From Methanococcus maripaludis (lineage in GTDB: Archaea; AGJL01; Methanococci; Methanococcales; Methanococcaceae), in assembly GCF_002945325.1 (NCBI RefSeq), contig NZ_CP026606.1, forward strand, positions 780,001 to 812,000: DNA of 32,000 nucleotides, written 5' to 3'. Below are positions 26,343 to 32,000 of the stretch, piece after piece. Below the pieces are notes generated by a model. The model worked only from the letters and a program-made list of their open reading frames with translations, did no database searches and was not told where the DNA came from. Within the stretch, counting starts at the first letter, position 1. Each line of letters opens with the position of its first letter. Both the position numbers and the translations under genes were made by a program.

Positions 26343-27047
26343 ATGATTAAGAATAACGTTACAATCAATGGAATTCCTGCTATTTTGTGGGGAGAAGAAC
26401 AAAACCGTGTTTTTATTGCAGTTCACGGAAATATGTCCAGTAAAGACGACACTGTAATTCAAATGCTGTCAGAAATTGCTGTTAAAAAGGGATATCAAGT
26501 TTTGAGTTTTGATTTACCTGAACACGGGAATCGAAAAAACGATAAAACTCCCTGTAAGGTGGACATTTGTGTAACTGATCTCGAAAAAATAATGAAATAT
26601 GCAAAAAACCGCTGGAATAAGATAAGTTTGTTTGCCTGCAGTATGGGTGCATATTTTAGTCTTTTGGCATATCCTGATGAAAATTTAGAAAAAAGTTTAT
26701 TTTTATCGCCCGTTGTTGACATGGAGCGGATTATTCAAAATATGATGAACTGGTTTGATGTAACCTCTGAACGATTAGAAAAAGAAAAAGAGATAGAAAC
26801 CCCAAGTGGTCAGAAACTATATTGGGATTACTTTTGCTATGTAAAAGAACATCCCATCAAATCTTGGAATTTTAAAACATCTATTCTTTACGGATCTAAA
26901 GACGAGTTATGTGAATATGATACGTTGGATAATTTCGCCAAACGATTTAAATGTAATTTAGAAATCGTAGAATCTGGAGAACACTATTTCCATACAAAAA
27001 AACAGTTAACTTCATTTGAAAACTGGTTGAAAAAAGAAATTGAATGA
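26343..27047 (+). CDS. Alpha/beta-fold hydrolase
   Basis: HGN oxyanion region, nucleophile elbow FACSMGAYF, and late acid/His residues (GSKDEL and GEHYFH). Confidence 0.85.
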   Translation: MIKNNVTINGIPAILWGEEQNRVFIAVHGNMSSKDDTVIQMLSEIAVKKGYQVLSFDLPEHGNRKNDKTPCKVDICVTDLEKIMKYAKNRWNKISLFACSMGAYFSLLAYPDENLEKSLFLSPVVDMERIIQNMMNWFDVTSERLEKEKEIETPSGQKLYWDYFCYVKEHPIKSWNFKTSILYGSKDELCEYDTLDNFAKRFKCNLEIVESGEHYFHTKKQLTSFENWLKKEIE

Positions 27048-27405
27048 TTAAATTCAATATTAAAATTTTATTTAAAAAATAAAAAATGTATTGTTGGGAG
27101 TTTAATGCCTCTTCAAGTACTCGATAATCTTTCCATTCATTATGAGTTCTTTTAAAGCGTTTCAGGTTTTCAAAGAATTCATATTTCAACTCTTCAGATA
27201 AGTTTAACTGTTTTGATATTTTTCCAGCTTGAGTTTTTAATAATTGCATTTTGGAACATTTTGCATTATTGAATACTGATTCAGTTTGCAGGTAGCCACA
27301 ACATTTGTTTTCAGTATCAACAAAAACTGGCCTGACCTTTCCAGTCAAATATTCTTTTTCATAATGGACTACAGCCTTCAAACATTTTGGACATATTCGA
27401 ATCAT
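26947..27405 (-). CDS. Hypothetical protein with an N-terminal Cys-rich (Zn-ribbon-like) region; the 3' third is probably not native
   Basis: GAGGGG RBS. MIRICPKCLKAV...NKCCGY. The last roughly 45 codons are low-complexity and run antisense through the last 101 nt of the hydrolase gene. Confidence 0.5.
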   Translation of the reverse strand: MIRICPKCLKAVVHYEKEYLTGKVRPVFVDTENKCCGYLQTESVFNNAKCSKMQLLKTQAGKISKQLNLSEELKYEFFENLKRFKRTHNEWKDYRVLEEALNSQQYIFYFLNKILILNLIIQFLFSTSFQMKLTVFLYGNSVLQILRFLNYI

Positions 27406-27537
27406 CTAAAACCCCTCACGTAGTTATTGATAGTAATATACTACATGAAAGGTTTTTTATTTGAAATATAAATAATTTGTCCGTTAAATCGCGTATAAGT
27501 CTGTAAAAATCGTTTTTAAATTCTTAAAAATAGACTT

Positions 27538-27626
27538 GATATATCGGACTCGGAGATTTTGAAAATCGATATATCGGACTAGTGAAAAACCATCAAAATC
27601 GGTGCCATTGGTAAAAATCCGATATA
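27538..27626. repeat. Iteron-like repeats: GATATATCGGACT x2 direct plus one inverted 9-mer
   Basis: Exact 13-mers at 27538-27550 and 27568-27580, 30 bp apart. TCCGATATA at 27618-27626 is the reverse complement of TATATCGGA. AAAATCG motifs recur at about 27507, 27562, 27594 and 27613. Confidence 0.7.
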
Positions 27627-27739
27627 GTTTGAGGAACTTTTTCGGGTCCTTTGGATGTAAAATACTGCAAAAAAGCTAAATCTTGTTAAAAACCCACGGT
27701 CTTGAAAGAAACCAAAAAAGAGTGCGTTATTTCAAAAAG

Positions 27740-27790
27740 TGGAGGGAAAGGGATTTGAACCCTCGAACCGCTACCGGATCGGATCTTAAG
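27740..27790 (-). other. Truncated tRNA-Leu(UAA) 3' fragment (anticodon loop to discriminator): attachment-site copy of an integrated element
   Basis: The minus strand reads CTTAAGA-TCCGA-TCCGGTAGCGGTTC-GAGGG-TTCAAAT-CCCTT-TCCCTCC-A. That is an anticodon loop with TAA, the 3' anticodon stem, a 14-nt class-II variable arm, the T-arm, the 3' acceptor strand and the discriminator. No 5' acceptor, D-arm or 5' anticodon stem follows. Confidence 0.8.
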
Positions 27791-27959
27791 GACTAACTTA
27801 TAATTTAGGCTTATTTTTAAATTTTAAAGATAATTAAAAGTTTTATTTTAAAATAAAGCTCAAATATTTGTTATTTTGTAAAATCTTTTAATCTTATTAT
27901 CTGGGATAAAAACATAATTTCTAAAATAGAACAATAACCTAAAAATAGCTTCAAAAAAT

Positions 27960-28928
27960 TTAAAGAAGCTTTTTCAGGTCTTTTAGCATCTTGTCTTTTC
28001 GTTCTCTTGAGTGTGAATAAAACAATGTTGTTTCAAGTGACGCGTGACCGAGATATTCTTTTACAATATCAATTGGAACTCCTTTGTCTAAGAAATCAAC
28101 TGCTCGGCCGTGTCTTAAACTGTGCGTCACCAACCGCCTATTTCTTGCAATGATGCCTTTTTCTTTTAATTTTTTTACATGTTCCCTGAAAACTTTACTT
28201 ATCCAGTTTTTTCGAATAATTTTCCCTTCGATCGTTTGGAAAATATAATTTTCTGGTTTTGAATTCGGATTGTACTGTTTATACTGGTTTAAGACATCCA
28301 AGGTATCTTTTGAACAAGTAACTGTCCTTTCCACTTTTCCTTTTGTATTTTTAAGTTTGAAAATTCCTTCTTTAAAGTCACAATCTTCGTATTTTAAATT
28401 TATAACTTCTGAAAGCCTACATCCTGTATCCCAGAGTAATCTTATGACTAAAGCGTCTCTTATCTGAGTTTTACTTTTTCCGTCAACGATACTTTGAATT
28501 ACTTCGTTTAATTCAGCTTCAGATATAGCGTCATAATGTTTTACTTCGGATCTTGAGAATCGTTTTCTTTCAATTGATTCATCTGAAAAATCTAAAAAGT
28601 TTGAAAGCCTCATTGTTCTATAAAATACTTTTAAAAGGTTAAAATACCGATTTTGTGTGCTTTTGGATAATTTTCGCTCAGTATTTAGATAATTAAAGAA
28701 CTGTATAAAATCTGAGTTTCTCATATTGTCAGGTTCCTTTTCCAAGCGCTTTTCTACAAAGTCTAAAAATATTTTTAATCTTACAACATCCGTAGTCATT
28801 GTATTTTTCATTATGCCATCAAATTCTCGCTCTTCTTTGAATTTAACAAGCCATTTGTTCATTTTTTCGGATTCTTCAGGGTTTTCTCGATTTGGTTTAA
28901 ATACCAACTTATTTTTCAGATCTTGCAT
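27960..28928 (-). CDS. int: Tyrosine recombinase/integrase (intact, non-partitioned)
   Basis: Catalytic residues in context: DTGCRLSEV (Arg), HSLRHGRA (His-x-x-Arg), LGHASLETT (His) and LFYSH (Tyr). A SAM-like N-terminal domain is present. Confidence 0.92.
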   Translation of the reverse strand: MQDLKNKLVFKPNRENPEESEKMNKWLVKFKEEREFDGIMKNTMTTDVVRLKIFLDFVEKRLEKEPDNMRNSDFIQFFNYLNTERKLSKSTQNRYFNLLKVFYRTMRLSNFLDFSDESIERKRFSRSEVKHYDAISEAELNEVIQSIVDGKSKTQIRDALVIRLLWDTGCRLSEVINLKYEDCDFKEGIFKLKNTKGKVERTVTCSKDTLDVLNQYKQYNPNSKPENYIFQTIEGKIIRKNWISKVFREHVKKLKEKGIIARNRRLVTHSLRHGRAVDFLDKGVPIDIVKEYLGHASLETTLFYSHSRERKDKMLKDLKKLL

Positions 28929-28931
28929 TGT

Positions 28932-29186
28932 CTACGCCCTTTGGTTTTCTCTCTCGATTAGTATTACATAATTTACAAGGTGATTTGTGATTTTTCCAGT
29001 CTTTTCGATAATTTTCTGCTCTTCTTGTGAAAGTTTCAAAGTCCTACTGCACTTTTTTGGCATTTTCGAAACTTTTCCAAGTTTTTCGACATCTACATAG
29101 TCAATGTTTTGGATCTGGTGAAAGTAGTATCTCACCGCCAAAACATCTAATGGTTCAATAAGGCTTAGATGGAGTTTTTCATTCAT
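28932..29186 (-). CDS. Hypothetical 84-aa protein, possibly RHH/CopG-like
   Basis: ATG 29186 lies 1 nt after the mcm stop, with AAGGGTG inside the end of mcm. The C-terminal RTLKLSQEEQKIIEKTGKITNHLVNYVIL resembles a ribbon-helix-helix fold. Confidence 0.5.
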   Translation of the reverse strand: MNEKLHLSLIEPLDVLAVRYYFHQIQNIDYVDVEKLGKVSKMPKKCSRTLKLSQEEQKIIEKTGKITNHLVNYVILIERENQRA

Positions 29187-29187
29187 G

Positions 29188-31212
29188 TTAAACACCCTTC
29201 ATTCGATAGGTTCCAGCGCTTATTTCTTCGATATCTCCAAATCCAATCAATTTATCAATTAGTTTTACAGCTTTACCGTCTGAAATATCGTATTCGAGCG
29301 CTCTTTTGATAATTGAAATTTTTTTAGCTAGATTGTGCTCACTATTTTCACATTGGAGCCGTATAATATCATAAACAACATTTAATTCGTTTCTTTCAAC
29401 CTTTGAATTTCCAAAGAGTCGATCAATGTCAAAAGACTTAGTTTTTTGGTCGTATGCAACTTCTTTTAAGGACTCAGTCATCAGATAAATTGCAAATTTA
29501 GCGTCTTCCTCTTCAACTAGATCTTTTAATTTAAGTTTAGCATGAGCTTCTGAGAGCCTCACAAGTGCTTCGAGCTGTCTTGCGGTGATTTGAACAGAAG
29601 ATTTTCTTAAATCAAGATAAAAGTCGTGAATTACCTGTTTAGACTCTTTTGTAAATTTAGGGGTTTTTTGCCTTGCATATGCAATGTATTTGCAGAAAAA
29701 ATCAAAATCTATTTTTATTTCGTCAATTATTTCGTAAAATAAACCGATTTCTTTGTTTTTTGAGTCATCCATGTATGCAATATGCGTATCTAAAATATGG
29801 TTTGCAATTTCGCTGTCTCTTTTTCTATTCGGAGTGTCTTTTATTGGGAATATCAGATCAAATCTGCTTAATAGTGGAGCTGGAATATTGATCTGTTCAA
29901 TTACAGGGATATTTTTGTCATATCTTCCATATTTTGGATTACAAGCGGCTAAAATTGAACATCCTGCTGGAAGTTTTGTATTAAGTCCGCCTTTACTGAC
30001 ATGTATTGTCTGAGACTCCATTGCTTCTAGAATATATGATAAAACACTTCTTTCAACGGTTAATTCATCAAGACATGCAGTACCGCCGTTTGCTTTTACT
30101 AATACTCCTGGTTTTATGACCCAAGTACTGTCTCCAATTTCAGTTTTTTCCTGGACCACACCAGCTGTCAACCCAACTCCTGAAGCAGTTGAAATCGAGC
30201 TGTAAACACAACCTGGAACTCCAGCAATGAATCTTAAAATATCACTTTTTCCAGTTCCAGGATCCGTTATTAATAAAATATGGCTGTCTGCTCGTTTTTT
30301 TCCTTTTTTAACACCTCTGACCTGCTGTAAGAGAATAGATTGCTTTATTATCTCGTTTCCTTTGATTTGTGGTGCAATTCTTCCCGAAAGAATGTTTAAA
30401 ACGTCTTTGTTTTTTGCGAGACTTTCAAACTGTTTAATTTCATTTTCAGTGAATGATACATCCAGTTTTTCGGTTACTGGTTCGCAATTGTATCCTCCGA
30501 TTAAAATGTCATGAAGCGGGATTTTCTTATTTTTCTGGTTTTTTATTGGAATTCCCGTGACTTTGATCCGTCCGCAGTAGATTCCGGGCGTGTATTCGAG
30601 TAATACACTTATGAATTTTGGAGGATCTTCGGGATCATCCATTAAATCCAACGGCTGCTGAATTTTTAGTTCCTGGTAATCTACATATTTTGATTCTTCA
30701 TCCAGCAGCAACATATTTTGAGAACACTTTGGACACTGGGGCCCCATGTGCATTTCAAAAGGCCTTTCAATTGTCACTTTTTTCTTCTGGCCGCATGATG
30801 CACAGACATAAACTGCTTCTTTTAGGGCCAACTTGATTTTAGTTGCCATTACAACTATTCCTTCAACTTCAACGAGTTTTCCATAATTTTCCCCCTTAAT
30901 GTCCTCGATAGTCATTGGTTTTCCGTTAGAATTTCTATTCAATGATTCTGGAAGATTTTTTACAGTAACGGTGCAGTCTGCATCAGCCATTTTGTATGAA
31001 AAATAAGCATCCGCATAAGCTTCATTTAAGAGTTCCAGTGCTGAATAGGGGTTTTCTTCCAGATAATCTAAAAATTCAAAGAAACCATAATCATGAACGT
31101 TTTTTAAATCAACTACCACTCTTTTGGTTTCAGATATTATATCATCGAGGTGAACTTCCTTAAAATACGGAACTAACCTTGACATTAACTTTGATTTTAT
31201 TTTGTCATCCAA
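29188..31212 (-). CDS. mcm: MCM replicative helicase homologue (element-borne)
   Basis: C4 Zn finger CASCGQ...CPKCSQ, Walker A ITDPGTGKSD, Walker B ACLDELT, Arg finger SRFDLIF, and a winged-helix C-terminus. TTG start at 31212, 7 nt after GAGGGGG. Confidence 0.95.
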   Translation of the reverse strand: MDDKIKSKLMSRLVPYFKEVHLDDIISETKRVVVDLKNVHDYGFFEFLDYLEENPYSALELLNEAYADAYFSYKMADADCTVTVKNLPESLNRNSNGKPMTIEDIKGENYGKLVEVEGIVVMATKIKLALKEAVYVCASCGQKKKVTIERPFEMHMGPQCPKCSQNMLLLDEESKYVDYQELKIQQPLDLMDDPEDPPKFISVLLEYTPGIYCGRIKVTGIPIKNQKNKKIPLHDILIGGYNCEPVTEKLDVSFTENEIKQFESLAKNKDVLNILSGRIAPQIKGNEIIKQSILLQQVRGVKKGKKRADSHILLITDPGTGKSDILRFIAGVPGCVYSSISTASGVGLTAGVVQEKTEIGDSTWVIKPGVLVKANGGTACLDELTVERSVLSYILEAMESQTIHVSKGGLNTKLPAGCSILAACNPKYGRYDKNIPVIEQINIPAPLLSRFDLIFPIKDTPNRKRDSEIANHILDTHIAYMDDSKNKEIGLFYEIIDEIKIDFDFFCKYIAYARQKTPKFTKESKQVIHDFYLDLRKSSVQITARQLEALVRLSEAHAKLKLKDLVEEEDAKFAIYLMTESLKEVAYDQKTKSFDIDRLFGNSKVERNELNVVYDIIRLQCENSEHNLAKKISIIKRALEYDISDGKAVKLIDKLIGFGDIEEISAGTYRMKGV

Positions 31213-31224
31213 ATTAAAACCCCC

Positions 31225-31440
31225 TCACTGTTTAACATCTTTTTGAGGTTCTGGACCTTCTGTTTCGACTTTTTTAATGATTCGATCCATCAGTGCTTTT
31301 ACATCGTCGCATGCACTGATAATTCCCGGTCTAAATGCATCTTTGAAATCATCCTGGCTAGTTTCCCATAAATCAGTGTCTACAAAAACGAGTAAAAGTT
31401 TAAAAGTATTTCTTATTTCTTCAGTTTCTAATTTTATCAT
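31225..31440 (-). CDS. Hypothetical 71-aa acidic protein
   Basis: ATG 31440 lies 1 nt after the upstream stop, preceded by GAGGT. The track start at 31449 is a TTG. Confidence 0.5.
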   Translation of the reverse strand: MIKLETEEIRNTFKLLLVFVDTDLWETSQDDFKDAFRPGIISACDDVKALMDRIIKKVETEGPEPQKDVKQ

Positions 31441-31441
31441 A

Positions 31442-31672
31442 TTATTCAACCTCTTTTAACAATTGTTTAGTTAATTCTTCGTCTTCTTCAATTATGGTTA
31501 TTAAAACGGTCTTGCCGATGTATTCTTTAGGTAGTTTTGGTTCAATATTTGCAGAATTGCCGTGTTCAGCTACTTTTGCAATAAATGTCGGAAGTGCTGA
31601 TCTCGGCTTCCTCCAGGTTTTCTTCTTGACTTCTATTCTGACCACCTTTTGGATTAATTTCTTCATTTTCAA
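31442..31672 (-). CDS. Small AbrB/SpoVT-like protein (reminiscent of DUF2080 'transposon-encoded' proteins)
   Basis: KVAEHGNSANIEPKLPKEYIGKTVLITIIE resembles the GNSA..(I/V)P(K)...GK.V swapped-hairpin motif. The start is uncertain, and the N-terminal roughly 35 codons overlap the upstream ORF. Confidence 0.5.
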   Translation of the reverse strand: MKMKKLIQKVVRIEVKKKTWRKPRSALPTFIAKVAEHGNSANIEPKLPKEYIGKTVLITIIEEDEELTKQLLKEVE

Positions 31673-32000
31673 GCTTTTTTAAAGCCTTATTCAACAATTC
31701 AATAAGCTGGAAGATTTTTTCCGTGATTTTAGGTCTTAATGATATTTTAACACGTTCAGGAGTATTTTCCCAGTCATCTGTAAACAATAGTTCTAAAATC
31801 CGGTTAAAGTTCTTCAGGTGTCCTTTTCTGCAATTTTCCGAGCTTTCTGGAACGATCGTTCTTTCCAAAAGCCTCGTTTGAAGTTCTTCAATTATCCGGT
31901 CCTTTTCTTCGAGTTCGAGATTTTTGGTTTTAATTAAAGTTTCAATTTCTCGATCTTTTTGCTTTAATTGAAATTTTAGAAGTTCATTTTCTGCAAAAAG
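31566..32000 (-). CDS. Coiled-coil hypothetical protein, N-terminus outside the window
   Basis: The frame is open from the window edge (145 codons): LFAENELLKFQLKQKDREIETLIKTKNLELEEKDRIIEELQTRLLER... The track reports only the internal TTG-initiated part, 31566-31868. Confidence 0.5.
   Translation of the reverse strand, partial: LFAENELLKFQLKQKDREIETLIKTKNLELEEKDRIIEELQTRLLERTIVPESSENCRKGHLKNFNRILELLFTDDWENTPERVKISLRPKITEKIFQLIELLNKALKKLENEEINPKGGQNRSQEENLEEAEISTSDIYCKSS

Larger units (their letters stand above)
27740..32000. mobile_element. Left end of a tRNA-Leu-integrated MCM-encoding element (provirus or integrated plasmid); it continues beyond the window
   Basis: A tRNA 3' fragment is followed by a single tightly packed minus-strand gene string: integrase, 84-aa ORF, MCM, 71-aa ORF, AbrB/DUF2080-like ORF and a coiled-coil ORF. 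No second att copy occurs in the window. Confidence 0.8.

Noticed and set aside
27740-27840. A possible complete, or intron-containing, tRNA-Leu gene.
   Set aside because: The sequence 5' of the anticodon loop (…AAGTTAGTC) cannot pair with the TCCGA stem. There is no GGAGGGA acceptor strand or D-arm within 100 nt, and the loop itself is uninterrupted at the canonical 37/38 intron site. It is therefore a truncated att copy.

Overview
Strongly AT-rich euryarchaeal chromosome segment. Gene content points to Methanococcus: archaeal alpha2 GlyRS, an FmdE-family protein, MCM, GGTGA-type RBSs and oligo-T terminators. There is no rRNA, no CRISPR array and no intact tRNA.

Three zones:
(1) 1-18.8 kb, core-like genes. 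The 3' end of a P1B heavy-metal ATPase, ITPase, a CitG-like protein, glyS, and an EamA transporter divergent from a frameshifted XRE-cupin regulator. Then an Fe-S aldo/keto reductase, modABC, an operon of ArsP-like permease, thioredoxin-like protein and HFCD/archaeoflavoprotein-like flavoprotein, and an 820-bp non-coding gap. Last is a tight six-gene operon: FecBCD/BtuCDF-type ABC importer, DUF364, FmdE-like protein and MoeA.
(2) 18.9-27.7 kb, an accessory-looking block. Small hypotheticals, a secreted DUF2202 ferritin-like protein, a 1273-aa two-module parallel beta-helix surface protein, a secreted Cys-rich protein, an alpha/beta hydrolase and a Zn-ribbon ORF.
(3) 27.74-32.0 kb, the left end of an integrated element. 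It is bounded by a 51-nt 3' fragment of a class-II tRNA-Leu(UAA) and carries a tyrosine integrase, an MCM helicase and small ORFs, and it runs off the window.

The best candidate for an undescribed system is the importer-DUF364-FmdE-MoeA operon, which lies 3.2 kb from modABC. All functional calls rest on motif recognition by eye. No database search was possible.
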